Source of the DNA: Fimbriimonadales bacterium
Lineage (GTDB): Bacteria > Armatimonadota > Fimbriimonadia > Fimbriimonadales > ATM1
Direction of reading: 5' to 3'
DNA length: 64,000 nucleotides
Assembly (NCBI GenBank): GCA_051003155.1
Contig: JBPCLO010000051.1
Span: forward strand, 126,633 to 190,632
Position 1 is the stretch's first letter. Each line of letters begins with the position of its first letter. A program made the position numbers and the translations under genes. Under the pieces are notes generated by a model that worked only from the letters and a program-made list of their open reading frames with translations, ran no database searches and had not been told where the DNA came from. Positions 30,934 through 41,641 of this stretch are shown here, in pieces.

Positions 30934-32196
30934 ATGGAAACCAGAGACAAGTGCGCCCTGTGTGGCAAGACGAAAACCCAGGTCAAAAGACTCATTGTCG
31001 GCCTGTATGGTGGCGTTTGCCAAGAGTGCGTCGAGCTCTGCGGGGACATCCTGAAATCCGGTCCGACCGACACGAACGTAACCCGCCCGCTCACTCGGCC
31101 GACCCGCGACCCGCTTCCGAAGCCGAAAGAGGTCGTCTCGTATCTGGACCAGTACGTCATAGGCCAAGACCCGGCCAAGCGCGCCCTTAGCGTCGCCGTT
31201 TACAACCACTACAAGCGGGTCCAAACGGAGATGACCGACGACGTCGATCTGCAGAAAAGCAACATCCTGCTCATAGGACCTACCGGCTCGGGCAAGACGC
31301 TCCTTGCGCAAACCCTTGCACGAATTCTGCATGTTCCGTTCGCGATTGCAGACGCCACGAGCCTCACGGAAGCCGGCTATGTAGGCGAGGACGTCGAGAA
31401 CATTCTGCTGAAGCTCTATCAAGCGGCGGACTCGGGCGAATACGGTAAAAACCCGGTGCTGGCGGCTCAGCGCGGCATCATCTATGTGGATGAAATCGAC
31501 AAGATTTCGCGGAAGTCCGACAATCCGAGCATCACGCGAGACGTGAGCGGCGAAGGCGTCCAACAAGCGCTGCTCAAAATCTTGGAAGGCACGGTGGCCA
31601 ACGTTCCGCCCGGGGGCGGCCGCAAGCACCCCCATCAGGAGTATCTGCAGATCGACACCAGCAACATCCTATTCATCTGCGGGGGCGCGTTTGAAGGCCT
31701 CGACGAAATCATCCTGCGCCGGCAGAAAGAGAACGTAATGGGCTTCCGCACATCGCCACGCTCCAACAAAGAACGCTCTAAAGAGGTCCTGCGCGAGGTC
31801 CTCCCCGAAGACTTGCTCAAGTACGGCCTGATCCCCGAATTCGTCGGCCGCCTTCCCGTTATTGCCACGCTCGACGCGCTCGACGAAGAGTCGCTGATCA
31901 AGATTCTCTCCGAACCGCGCAACTCGCTGGTCAAGCAATTCAAGAAGCTGATGGATATGGACAACGTGGAGCTCGAATTCGAGCCCGGCTCCCTGCGCGA
32001 AATCGCGCGCGAAGCTTTGAAGCGCGGCACCGGCGCCCGCGCGCTCCGCGCGATTATCGAAAACCTCATGCTCGATGTGATGTTCGAGGTCCCGAGCAAC
32101 GGGAAGATCGAAAAGGTCGTCATCCCCGAGGACATCCTCTCTAACAAATCCCAGCCGATCCTCTACCCTTCCGAAAAAGAGCGGCAGGCCAGCTAG
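30934..32196 (+). CDS. clpX: ClpX ATPase
   Basis: C4 zinc domain, [29 protein letters not shown] loop. Confidence 0.98.
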   Translation: METRDKCALCGKTKTQVKRLIVGLYGGVCQECVELCGDILKSGPTDTNVTRPLTRPTRDPLPKPKEVVSYLDQYVIGQDPAKRALSVAVYNHYKRVQTEMTDDVDLQKSNILLIGPTGSGKTLLAQTLARILHVPFAIADATSLTEAGYVGEDVENILLKLYQAADSGEYGKNPVLAAQRGIIYVDEIDKISRKSDNPSITRDVSGEGVQQALLKILEGTVANVPPGGGRKHPHQEYLQIDTSNILFICGGAFEGLDEIILRRQKENVMGFRTSPRSNKERSKEVLREVLPEDLLKYGLIPEFVGRLPVIATLDALDEESLIKILSEPRNSLVKQFKKLMDMDNVELEFEPGSLREIAREALKRGTGARALRAIIENLMLDVMFEVPSNGKIEKVVIPEDILSNKSQPILYPSEKERQAS

Positions 32197-32210
32197 GAGG
32201 CTGAATTTCA

Positions 32211-33119
32211 GTGAGTGCCTGGCCGGCGCTAGCCTACGAGGACTGGAAGGACACGTGCGAGACGCTGCACCTTTGGACGCAGGTAGTGGGCAAGATTCGC
32301 CTCGCTCAGATGCCGTGGATCAACCACTCGTGGCACGTGACGTTCTGTGTAACGGCTCACGGCCTGACAACGTTGCCCATGCCGAACGGGGAGCGCAGCC
32401 TCCAGATCGACTTCGATTTCATCGCCCACAAGCTTCTGATCCAAACCGACGTAGGCGCAACGAAAACAGTATGCCTTGAGCCAAAGTCGGTCTCCGATTT
32501 CTACGAAGAGGTCATGGCCCGCCTCGCCGAGGTCGGACCGCCGGTCGAAATCAACACAATGCCCTCCGAGATCGCCGACGCGATTCCTTTTGACCACGAT
32601 CACGACCACGCCTCATACGATCCCGATGCCGCGAACCGCTTCTGGCATGCGCTCCTGCAATCCGATCGTGTTTTCAAGCAGTTTCGGGCGCGCTTCACCG
32701 GCAAATGCAGCCCCGTCCACTTTTTCTGGGGAGGCTTCGACCTCGCCGTCACCCGGTTCTCCGGCCGCACCGCTCCCGAGCATCCGGGCGGTGTCCCCCA
32801 CCTGCCAAACTGGATCGCCCGCGAGGCGTACTCCCACGAAGTAAGCAGCTGCGGCTTCTGGCCGGGCAACGACATGCTCCCTTATCCCGCGTTTTACTCG
32901 TATGCCTATCCCGAGCCGGAGGGCTTCAAAGTCGCCAAAGTCGCTCCTCCGGCGGCCATCTATCACCCGGACCTTAAGGAGTTCATCTTCCCCTACGACG
33001 CCGTTCGCAGTGCGTCCTCGCCGGACGAGACGCTCCTGGATTTCCTCCAAACCACCTACGAAGCCGCCGCCGACTCGGGCAACTGGGATCGAGCGGCACT
33101 TGAAAGACGCGCCAAATAG
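32211..33119 (+). CDS. DUF5996-family protein
   Basis: TLHLWTQVVGKIRL, WINHSWHV, HFFWGGFDLAVTRFSG, EAYSHEVSSCGFWPG. Confidence 0.8.
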   Translation: MSAWPALAYEDWKDTCETLHLWTQVVGKIRLAQMPWINHSWHVTFCVTAHGLTTLPMPNGERSLQIDFDFIAHKLLIQTDVGATKTVCLEPKSVSDFYEEVMARLAEVGPPVEINTMPSEIADAIPFDHDHDHASYDPDAANRFWHALLQSDRVFKQFRARFTGKCSPVHFFWGGFDLAVTRFSGRTAPEHPGGVPHLPNWIAREAYSHEVSSCGFWPGNDMLPYPAFYSYAYPEPEGFKVAKVAPPAAIYHPDLKEFIFPYDAVRSASSPDETLLDFLQTTYEAAADSGNWDRAALERRAK

Positions 33120-33613
33120 GTCGAATAGCGCACCGGCCGTAGGCCCCAAAAAAGGGAGGCCCAGTCCTATTGAGATCCTGCTTAAGAGAGTGTCTTTGTG
33201 CCAAGCGCCCTCCCGGAAGCGCAACGCGTGTTTAGGGCGTTCTTTTTTCCAGTGCTGGTGGGAGGTCGAAGTGTATGCAAGTCCTCTGATGGTGGAGCGA
33301 ACTGGGGAAGCACCGATAGCCGTTCGCCGCGCTTCCGCCCTCGTCACGTGCGCGCGGTTAGTTCCGTGATACCTACAGCGAGAGTTCCCGTGATGAAAAG
33401 TCAAGCCGGGACCTACGAGGTTCCTCGCTTAGCAAATCGGCCGCGATGGGGCGAATCATCTTGTTCATGACGGCGACCACTCCGATCTTGCTCTCGTTCC
33501 TTGTTGGACGAACCCTTTGGTAGGGGAATGATTAACCCGTGTTCGCAAATTCTACAATGAAGGCTACGGCCACAAACGGGCTGGATCGATCCACGCGGCG
33601 CGATTCCTGCCCG

Positions 33614-33650
33614 TTTTATAGTGTTCAAAGGCTTTTATAGTGTTCAAAGG
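33614..33650 (+). repeat. Tandem direct repeat TTTTATAGTGTTCAAAGG x2
   Basis: Exact 18-mer at 33614-33631 and 33633-33650. Confidence 0.9.
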
Positions 33651-33940
33651 GCTCGCGCCGGTCAAGTAAATGTTCCCAATATGGGTCGCCCGCCCATAGC
33701 CGTTCGTGGGCGGGTAAGAAATTGATCCTCTCGGCAATTGCTGCGTTGTATGGCGTGCCTTGATGGGGATGGCACGTCCGGGTTTTCCTCGAACGCTCAC
33801 CAGAGATCCGTTAAGCGCGTTTGCTCAACCGTCACGGTTTGGAGAGGATTTGATATCGCATAAAGGATAATTCATAATAATCGTCGTATAGGTACTTAAA
33901 GCGGCACTAATTGAGAGGCGCCGCTCAAAGGTAGGACAAA

Positions 33941-35261
33941 ATGATCCAGAAACGAAGCGCGCTATGCGCCTTGGCCGGGCTTTCCGGCCTCACCCTTTGT
34001 GCTCTTGCCTTCCAGGACGGGAAGCAGCACGACAAGGACATCGGCAGCTACGCTGAACGGATGATGAAGGAGGGACGCGAGACTTTCCGCCACCGGCAGC
34101 GAGGACTTTTGGGGCCGCAAGCTCCAGCTCCATCTCGCCGTGGCGGGAGCTGCGAACGGGGGAGTCGGGGTCGGGGTTAGCCCTAAAATGGCGCTCCAAA
34201 CGCTCGGCCTGAAGGTCGACATGAACGCGGTGCCCGCCGCCGTGGCAAAGGCCATCAAGGCCGGCAAAGTCGACCTAAACGACCCGAAGAACACGCTACT
34301 TCTGCTCAAGGCGGGCGCGGTGGTCGGTGTTAAGGGCTTTTTCAAGGGGGACCGCATCGAATCGATCGGTATTACCTGCGCAATGTGCCACTCCACGGTG
34401 GACGACAAGTTCCTTCCGGGCATCGGCAATCGGCTCGACGGCTTTCCCAACCGCGACCTCAATACAGGCGTGATCATCGCCGCAGCTCCGAACTTGAAGC
34501 CGCTGATGGACATGCTTCAGGTGGATGAGGCTACGGTGAAGAAGGTCGTGACGGCTTGGGGGCCTGGAAAATTCGACGCCGAGCTCAACCTCGACGGCAA
34601 GGGATTCCGTCCGGACGGCAAGACGAGCGCGACTCTCATCCCCGCGGCTCTTGGACTCGCCGGCGTCAACAATCATACGTGGACCGGTTCGTGGGGCACG
34701 GTCAGCTATTGGAATGCTTATGTGGGCAATCTCGAGATGCACGGCAACGGCACGTTCTTCGACCCGCGCCTCGACAATGCGGAGAAATATCCCGTGGCGG
34801 CGCGAACTGGGCAGGGCCACATTAAGCCGAAAGGCGAGGACCGAATCTCACCCTAGCTGCCGGCCCTCCACTTCTATCAGCTGGCCATTCCCCGCCCGAA
34901 AGCGCCAGGCGGAGCCTACAATCGCATGATGGCAGACCGCGGCAAGCGGCACTTCAATGGCGTCGCCAGGTGCGGTTCCTGTCATGTTCCGCCTACGTTT
35001 ACTGAGCCCGGATGGAATCTTCATAAGGCCGAGGAGATCGGCATCGACGACTTCCAGGCCATGCGCTCGCCCGACGAAAGGTATCGCACCGAGCCGTTAA
35101 GAGGCCTCTGGGACATGAAGAAGATGCACAAGGGGGGCTTCTACCATGACGGGCGTTTTGCGATGCTAATGGATGTTGTGAACCACTACGACCGGCACTT
35201 CAAATTGAACTTGTCACAGCAGCAGAAGCTGGAACTGATCGAATACCTGAAGAGCCTTTAG
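33941..35261 (+). pseudogene. Secreted di-heme cytochrome c (peroxidase-like), disrupted
   Basis: Signal peptide, CAMCH and CGSCH, FYHDGRF; frameshift near 34092 and in-frame TAG at 34854-34856 with coding continuing (LPALHFYQLAIP). Confidence 0.8.
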
Positions 35262-35277
35262 AGGTAGCGTTCGCAGT

Positions 35278-35535
35278 GTGGACATCTGGCAAATAGGAGG
35301 ATTGCTCGGCGTCGTCCTCGGGGCGGCTGCTTACATTCCCCAGGTCGTTCATTTGGTAAAGGAGCACTGCTCGGCGGGAGCAAGCCTTCAAGCCTGGGGA
35401 ATATGTGCGCTGGCGGCCATCCTGATCGGCATCCACGCTCTTCGGAGTGACGAGATAGTGTTCATTGCCCTCCAGATAGTGGGCTTTGTTGCCAGCGCGA
35501 CTATATTAGCTCTGGGCTGGCGATTTCGGGCATGA
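35278..35535 (+). CDS. PQ-loop/SemiSWEET-like small membrane protein
   Basis: AYIPQV..L, 3 TM helices; possible terminal frameshift (GMRCPVHQEW* to 35561). Confidence 0.65.
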   Translation: MDIWQIGGLLGVVLGAAAYIPQVVHLVKEHCSAGASLQAWGICALAAILIGIHALRSDEIVFIALQIVGFVASATILALGWRFRA

Positions 35536-35701
35536 GGTGCCCCGTACACCAGGAGTGGTAGGACGAAGTCACCAGGGATCGGGTACAATAGAGTTCGTCG
35601 CGCGACCCAGATCGCACAGCTTTCGCGGCAGTCAGGGACTGCGCCCAAGCCGCGTTTGCCGAGAGAGAACCTGAGTCGTATCTTGACGCAAACATAGAGA
35701 T

Positions 35702-36043
35702 ATGGCATACCGACCCAGTCGATACGAACAAGTCATGAAGGCCTCTGAGGGCTACGATACGCGTGCCCGCCGAATGTTCGGGGGGATGGGGATTTATACA
35801 GGCGAAAGGATGTTCGCGATCCTCCTCGACGACATCGTCAGCTTCAAGCTCTCTCCCGAAGACCGCAAGGCGGCGCTCGAGCTCGACGGAGCCAAAGCCT
35901 TCCAGCCCGTCGAAGAGGGCCACCCCGAGATGCCCGAATACATCGTAATGCCGATCAAAATCCTCGACGACGAGGACAAGTTCAAGTTCTGGCTGACGAA
36001 GAGCGCGGAGTATGTGCGCTCGAAAATGAAGATCGTCAGTTAA
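35702..36043 (+). CDS. TfoX/Sxy N-terminal-like protein
   Basis: RRMFGG.GIY...MFA motif. Confidence 0.85.
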   Translation: MAYRPSRYEQVMKASEGYDTRARRMFGGMGIYTGERMFAILLDDIVSFKLSPEDRKAALELDGAKAFQPVEEGHPEMPEYIVMPIKILDDEDKFKFWLTKSAEYVRSKMKIVS

Positions 36044-36086
36044 GCCTCGACGCCTAATTCGCAATTTCGCGCGTCTACTTGAATAG

Positions 36087-36938
36087 ATGCGAAGACTCAA
36101 TTTCGGAACGGTCGGAATCGTCGGTCTCGGCCTTGTGGGCAGCTCCATCGGAATACGGCTCCGCGAAGTGGGAGTTTCCAAGCGGGTTATCGGATTCGAT
36201 GAGTCCGAATCTGCCCGAACGCTCGCGTTCAATCGCGGTGCGGTCGACGATACTTTTGAGACACTAAACCACCTCGGCGACGCGGACATCCTCATCGTCG
36301 CAGTTCCCGCAAACTCGGTTCTGCCGTGCCTGATCGAGGCAGACGTTTTTTGCAAGCTCAACTGCATCGTGACCGACACGAGTATGGTCAAGGGCCATGT
36401 CGTCGATTGGACCCAGGCCTATCCGCTGCGGTTCGGGCCGAGGTTCGTCGGTGGGCACCCGATGGTGCAGGAACGAGCGGGCCGCCAGAAGCCGAAGGCG
36501 GACTTATTCGATGGGCAGCCGTGGGTCCTCACGCCGGTCGAAGGGACCGATAAGGGCGCTCTCGACGCAGTACTCTCGATGGTGACCGCCTTGGGCGCAA
36601 AGCCTTTGATTCTTAGCCCTGAGGAGCATGACCGGCATGCGGCGATTCTTTCGCACCTTCCTCATGCGCTTGCAGGGGTTCTCGCGCAACTCGGGCAGAA
36701 CTTGGTTCACCCCGAGATGGCAAGCATGGGTTGGAAGGAACTGACGAAGGCCGCCGAGGCCGATCCGCATTTTTGGGCGACGCTCCTTAGAAACAACCGC
36801 GAGGAAGTGGTTTCCGCGCTCGACGACCTCGGGTTTTTGATCAAGGAGTTGCGAAATGCAGTGGATGCCGACCAACATGAAGCTCTGATGGAGTTTTTCG
36901 AGACGTCGAGAAAGGCCGGCTCTTCTTGGGCCGGTTAG
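36087..36938 (+). CDS. tyrA: Prephenate dehydrogenase
   Basis: GLGLVGSS, FVGGHPM, EHDR..A.LSHLPH. Confidence 0.88.
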   Translation: MRRLNFGTVGIVGLGLVGSSIGIRLREVGVSKRVIGFDESESARTLAFNRGAVDDTFETLNHLGDADILIVAVPANSVLPCLIEADVFCKLNCIVTDTSMVKGHVVDWTQAYPLRFGPRFVGGHPMVQERAGRQKPKADLFDGQPWVLTPVEGTDKGALDAVLSMVTALGAKPLILSPEEHDRHAAILSHLPHALAGVLAQLGQNLVHPEMASMGWKELTKAAEADPHFWATLLRNNREEVVSALDDLGFLIKELRNAVDADQHEALMEFFETSRKAGSSWAG

Positions 36939-38191
36939 AAGTACGCGAGGCCAAGCAATTTTGGGGCGAGATTCGCCCGCCTAGCGACAAAAGCATCACC
37001 CACAGGGCGTACATGATCAGCGCCCTGTCGGAGGACGGCGGACTCGTCGAAACGCCCCTAGTTGCCGAGGATTGCCAGCGGACTCTTCAAGCCCTGCGCG
37101 ATCTTGGAGTACGTGTTTTGCCGACGGGTGATAGCCTTAGAATCGCAGGGCCACCCTTCAGGACGCCTGCCCGGGGGCTGTACTGCGGCAACTCCGGGAC
37201 CACGATGCGGCTCATGGCGGGAATGCTCGCCGGGGCAGACTTGTCCGTGCGCTTGGAGGGAGACGCCTCGCTCAGCCGCAGGCCGATGAGACGGATCGTT
37301 GAGCCGCTCATGCTCATGGGAGCGCAGATTAGCGGGGACACGCCTCCGCTGCGAATCGAGCCTTCCAAGTTGCACGGCATCCGGTATACGACGCCGATTC
37401 CCAGCGCGCAGGTTAAGTCGGCGATTCTGCTCGCGGGGCTTTCCGCGCAAGGGGAGACGTCCGTGACCGAGAGCCTTCTCAGTCGCGACCACACCGAGCG
37501 AATGCTCGAAGCGGCCGGGTGTGAGATCGAGAGAAGTGGACCGACGGTGAGAATTAGCCCAGGTTCGCCCAAGAGTGTCCGCGTTCGGGTGCCGGCGGAT
37601 ATTTCTTCGGCGGCGTTTTTCCTCGTGGGCGGCGCTTTGCTGGGTGGTCCGGTGACGGCTAAAGACGTGGGGGTCAACCCAACGCGAACGGGCGTGCTCG
37701 ATGTTTTGCGCCAGGCAGGGGCCAAAGTGCAGATAACGCCTCCGACCCACGAGCAGGGCGAACCCGTCGCGGACGTGGCTGTCGAGATGCAGGATCAGCT
37801 TCAGCCGTTCATCATCCGCTCCGACCAGGTACCCGGTCTCATCGACGAGATACCGATCCTTGCGGTTTTGGCGACTCAATGCCACGGCACCAGCGAAATT
37901 CGAGGCGCTGCGGAACTGCGGGTCAAGGAGAGCGACCGTATCGGCGCTATCGCGAGTGGGCTGCGGCGGATGGGGGTTACCGTGGAGACGTTCGACGATG
38001 GGATGGCCATTACGGGGCCTGCGCGAATGGTCGGGGCGGTAATCGACGCGAAGAAAGACCACCGAATCGGGATGGCGTTCGCGATCGCGGGCCTGATCGC
38101 CAAGGAAGACACGGTCATCCAGGGCGCGGAGACGATCGACACCAGCTTTCCGGGCTTCGAATCGGAGTTGAAGAGGTTTTCACGTGTGTAA
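36926..38191 (+). CDS. aroA: EPSP synthase
   Basis: DKSITHRA, CGNSGTTMRL, SAQVKSA, LRVKESDR, DHRIGM; TTG start. Confidence 0.96.
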   Translation: MGRLEVREAKQFWGEIRPPSDKSITHRAYMISALSEDGGLVETPLVAEDCQRTLQALRDLGVRVLPTGDSLRIAGPPFRTPARGLYCGNSGTTMRLMAGMLAGADLSVRLEGDASLSRRPMRRIVEPLMLMGAQISGDTPPLRIEPSKLHGIRYTTPIPSAQVKSAILLAGLSAQGETSVTESLLSRDHTERMLEAAGCEIERSGPTVRISPGSPKSVRVRVPADISSAAFFLVGGALLGGPVTAKDVGVNPTRTGVLDVLRQAGAKVQITPPTHEQGEPVADVAVEMQDQLQPFIIRSDQVPGLIDEIPILAVLATQCHGTSEIRGAAELRVKESDRIGAIASGLRRMGVTVETFDDGMAITGPARMVGAVIDAKKDHRIGMAFAIAGLIAKEDTVIQGAETIDTSFPGFESELKRFSRV

Positions 38192-38891
38192 AGAGGTCAT
38201 CGCGATCGATGGGCCCGCCGGAGCAGGGAAGAGCACCGTCGCGAAGAGCGTTGCGAAGATGCTCGGCTTTCGTTACCTCGACACGGGCGCGATGTATCGA
38301 ACCGTTGCGCTGCTGGCTATGCGCGAGCGAAGTCAGGACGGGCCAACGGTCGAGCGAATCGCAAAGGAAATGCAGTTCGCGTTCACCTCTCCCCTAGTGG
38401 GAGAGGTCGTTGAGCGAAGCGAACCGGGTGACGGGTCGCGCCAGCGCGTCCTTGCAAACGGGGCGGACGTGACCGATTTGCTTCGCACGCCTGAAGTTAG
38501 CGAAGCTGCGAGCAGGCTAAGCACTTATGGGCCCCTGCGACAAGAACTCGTCCGCCGGCAGCAAGAGATGCTTGCCGAGGGGCGGATCGTCATCGAGGGA
38601 CGCGACACTACGACCGTGGTCTGCCCGGATGCGCGGCTGAAGATTTACCTAACCGCGTCCGTGGAGGAACGGGCCAGGCGCCGGTGCCTCGAGATGAAGA
38701 CGAAAGGCGGCCACGTGCCCATATTGGAAGAGATCCAGGCACAGATCGCCGAACGTGACCGCCGGGACATGAATCGCGAGGACAGCCCGCTCCGCGTAGC
38801 CGAGGACGCCGTGGCGATCGATACGGACAAATTGACGGTCGATCAGGTTGTCGAAGCGGTCATGTCCGAATGGCATGCAGTCCGAGTGTGA
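38184..38891 (+). CDS. cmk: Cytidylate kinase
   Basis: IDGPAGAGKST, LDTGAMYR, EGRD, RDRRD. Confidence 0.95.
   Translation: MCKEVIAIDGPAGAGKSTVAKSVAKMLGFRYLDTGAMYRTVALLAMRERSQDGPTVERIAKEMQFAFTSPLVGEVVERSEPGDGSRQRVLANGADVTDLLRTPEVSEAASRLSTYGPLRQELVRRQQEMLAEGRIVIEGRDTTTVVCPDARLKIYLTASVEERARRRCLEMKTKGGHVPILEEIQAQIAERDRRDMNREDSPLRVAEDAVAIDTDKLTVDQVVEAVMSEWHAVRV
38386..38435 (+). repeat. REP-like palindromic element in-frame within cmk
   Basis: CCTCTCCC-CTAGT-GGGAGAGG hairpin followed by GAGCGAAGCGAACCGGGTGACGGG. Confidence 0.65.
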
Positions 38892-38894
38892 TCG

Positions 38895-40229
38895 TTAGTC
38901 CCTCTTAGGCAATGGCGGATGGCTAGCCACGACATCCCAGCCATTTAGGTCGTCGCCTTTACGGCGCGGCACCCCGCCGTCGTCCCTGCCATCAGGGCCT
39001 ACGCTATAGATCAGTATGGAATCGCCTTTGCGTCGCAACAAGAGCGGCTTGCGGCTGAACGGGTCGATCCATTCGCCCGGTATGTCGGCGAGGAGGTCCG
39101 GTAGCTGACCCGTGTCAGCCCTGACCAGGAGGGCTTGCAGCAGAGCTGCGGTCGCAACACGGTCAGCGTGGAGCGCGACGGCCGCAGGCACTGCCTGTGT
39201 ATGGGGAAACATGATCTCAGCTAGTGCGTAGCTCGCACCGCGACGACCGCTAAGCTCTGCTTCGATACGGTTGAGCGCAGAGCCGAGAGCGATGGGGTCG
39301 TTCGCAAATCGATCCATTTCCCGCTTCGCGCGCGTCCACACCTGAAGGTGGCGCACCATCATTCCTCTCCAATGCCAATTTGAAGGCAAACCTGATCGTT
39401 GGATTTCGAAGGGGTCCCGAACGGACCGATCACCACTGCGCTCGTTCCTAAGGGTCGCAATGCCGATGTACGCCTCGCCTTTAAGGGCGTACAGCAGTTG
39501 CGGTTGCATGATTGGCCTTTCGACTACCTGCCGCAGGCGTTCGAGGCCTGATTTCAAGGCACCGTGAGCACATCGTCGTACAGCGTCATTGACGATCCTC
39601 TCGCATGCAATGCGGAACAACATCGTAACTAGATGCGGCTCCATGCCGGCCATCTCGGTCAGTCGGCGCGCCCTACTGAGGTCATGTGCCATGGCAGCGT
39701 CTTCTCTTCGCGCTGCGCGCAACCGAGCGCGGATGCACAGGGTGTTGACCAATTGCTTGATCGGGGCGTATTCGGGAAGCTCAACATGGACACCGTAATC
39801 CCAATCACGGCCAAAGTCGAGGCTCGCGCGCTTCAGCGCGGGATCTAGAGCTTCGAGCGCGGGAGCGTAGGCCGCCAAGCGCCGATCGACCGCGTCCAAC
39901 TGCTTGCGATCGAGAAGATCGAGCAGCGCCTCCTTCTCCGCGTTGAACTTCTTAAGGTCGAACTGGGCGATTGCTTTTCTAACGAGGTCAGCCGCGTTGT
40001 CTTCCGGAGCGACGGTGCGGCCTTTCATGAGGTCTTTCGCCTCCCACGGCATTCCGGAAGCGCGGTACTCGGAGACGGCCGATTCGAGTTCCGATTCGGC
40101 GTCGAAGAAGTCGAAGCGTTCGCGCAATCGGTAATAGATGTAGCCTCCGCTGACGACGCAAAGGCAGACCAATGCCACCAAAGGAATCAACCAACCTGGT
40201 CTAGGTTTGCGCACGGCCATCCGACCCAT
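38895..40229 (-). CDS. Membrane-anchored hypothetical protein with GspG-like C-terminal motif
   Basis: N-terminal TM; DPFSRKPL...IYSVGPDGRDDGG. Confidence 0.65.
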   Translation of the reverse strand: MGRMAVRKPRPGWLIPLVALVCLCVVSGGYIYYRLRERFDFFDAESELESAVSEYRASGMPWEAKDLMKGRTVAPEDNAADLVRKAIAQFDLKKFNAEKEALLDLLDRKQLDAVDRRLAAYAPALEALDPALKRASLDFGRDWDYGVHVELPEYAPIKQLVNTLCIRARLRAARREDAAMAHDLSRARRLTEMAGMEPHLVTMLFRIACERIVNDAVRRCAHGALKSGLERLRQVVERPIMQPQLLYALKGEAYIGIATLRNERSGDRSVRDPFEIQRSGLPSNWHWRGMMVRHLQVWTRAKREMDRFANDPIALGSALNRIEAELSGRRGASYALAEIMFPHTQAVPAAVALHADRVATAALLQALLVRADTGQLPDLLADIPGEWIDPFSRKPLLLRRKGDSILIYSVGPDGRDDGGVPRRKGDDLNGWDVVASHPPLPKRD

Positions 40230-40358
40230 TCTGGCTCCCGTGCCGGGGCAACTGCCCGGCCCTTATCCGCCGAGAAGCAGCTGCGGAACTCTTGGCCCCC
40301 TAATTGACGTTCTGACTGCATACCCATTTTTTAGGGACAGCAAGCAAAAGGACAAAAG

Positions 40359-41447
40359 ATGAAACGATTTACAATGAAAGCAATGCTTGCAGGCACTGCG
40401 TTGGCAGGCCTGCAGATTTCCGCCATGGCCCAGGAACTGAAAGTCGGCTCTCCGGCCCCCCCTATTAACGTCGAGAAGTGGCTCAAGGGCGCCCCCGTTC
40501 CGGAGTTCAAGAAGGGCAACGTCTACGTTGTCGAGTTTTGGGCGACTTGGTGCGGGCCGTGCATCCAGTCGATCCCGCACATCACCGAAATGACCAAGAA
40601 GTTCAAGGACAAGGTCACGTTCTCGGGGATTAGCGTTTGGGAGCGAAAGCCCGAAGATTTCGAACACGTCGACAAGTTCATCAAAGAGATGGGGGACAAG
40701 ATGGATTACCACGTCGCGGTCGATGGCAAAAGCGGCGCTATGGCCCAGACCTGGATGAAGGCATCCGGCTCGAACGGCATCCCCACGGCTTTTGTCGTGG
40801 ACAAGGACGGCAAGGTCGCCTGGATAGGCCACCCCATGGGCGGGCTCGAAGAAGTTTTGGACCAAGTGGTCGCCGGCACGTTCGATTCCGTCGCGCAGGC
40901 CGCGAAGGACGCCGAAGAGTCTTCGAAGATGGAGAAGATTCAGGGCCAAATGCGCGAAGCATTCGGCCTCTACCAGAAGGAAGATTACAAGGGCGCGGTC
41001 GCGATCGTCGACAAGCTGATCGCCGAGGATTCAAGCCTCGAAGCCCAGATGGGCGGCTTCAAGTTCATGGTCCTTCTTGCCGAGGGGACTCCTGCAGCCG
41101 GCGCCTATGGCAAGATGCTCGCCGAGACGTACTACAAGAGTGACGCCATGGGTCTCAACCAGCTTGCTTGGACGATGGTCGATGACAATGCGAAGGTGAA
41201 GAACGCCGACTACAAGCTCGCGGTTGCATGGGCTGAGAAAGCCAACGAGCTTTCCAAGAACCAAGACCCCGCGATCATGGACACGTTGGCTCTTGCTTAC
41301 TTCAAATCGGGCAAGATCGACAAGGCCATCGCCACTCAGGAGAAGGCCGTCAAGCTCCTGGACTCCGAAGCGGGCTCCAACTATTCTGATGAGATGAAAC
41401 AGGAGATCAAAGACCGCTTGGCTAAGTTCAAGAAAGCCAAGGTCTAG
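40359..41447 (+). CDS. Secreted TlpA/redoxin with C-terminal TPR-like region
   Basis: Signal peptide; EFWATWCGPC, GIP.AFVVD; LNQLAW...DTLA. Confidence 0.88.
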   Translation: MKRFTMKAMLAGTALAGLQISAMAQELKVGSPAPPINVEKWLKGAPVPEFKKGNVYVVEFWATWCGPCIQSIPHITEMTKKFKDKVTFSGISVWERKPEDFEHVDKFIKEMGDKMDYHVAVDGKSGAMAQTWMKASGSNGIPTAFVVDKDGKVAWIGHPMGGLEEVLDQVVAGTFDSVAQAAKDAEESSKMEKIQGQMREAFGLYQKEDYKGAVAIVDKLIAEDSSLEAQMGGFKFMVLLAEGTPAAGAYGKMLAETYYKSDAMGLNQLAWTMVDDNAKVKNADYKLAVAWAEKANELSKNQDPAIMDTLALAYFKSGKIDKAIATQEKAVKLLDSEAGSNYSDEMKQEIKDRLAKFKKAKV

Positions 41448-41462
41448 CTCTCCGCTTGGAGT

Positions 41463-41495
41463 CGCCCTCATCCTCGGAGGGATGAGGGCGGTTTG
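41463..41495 (+). terminator. Probable intrinsic terminator
   Basis: CGCCCTCATCC-TCGGAG-GGATGAGGGCG followed by GTTTG. Confidence 0.65.
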
Positions 41496-41641
41496 TGCAC
41501 CAGAACGAAACGGGTGGAAGAATCTATCCGGCCAGTCTGTTTCCCTCGGTCTACAACCAACCCGACCCGGTCTGATGCGGCCTCTGCCATAATTTGGTCC
41601 CTGCCCCTCCAGGTCGATCGGGTGGATGGTGGCGGCACAGC

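Noticed and set aside
33614..33650. CRISPR array
   Set aside because: Only two 18-bp copies with a 1-nt gap; no spacers or cas genes.
33849..33866. FNR box upstream of the cytochrome gene
   Set aside because: Only the TTGAT half matches with correct spacing.
34854..34856. Pyrrolysine or amber readthrough in the cytochrome gene
   Set aside because: The gene also has a frameshift, TAG ends many normal genes here, and no pyl genes are in the window.
37058..38062. Long antisense ORFs (also 50188-51219, 45150-46034, 16728-17561)
   Set aside because: Shadow frames of well-supported genes in GC-rich DNA; no motifs.
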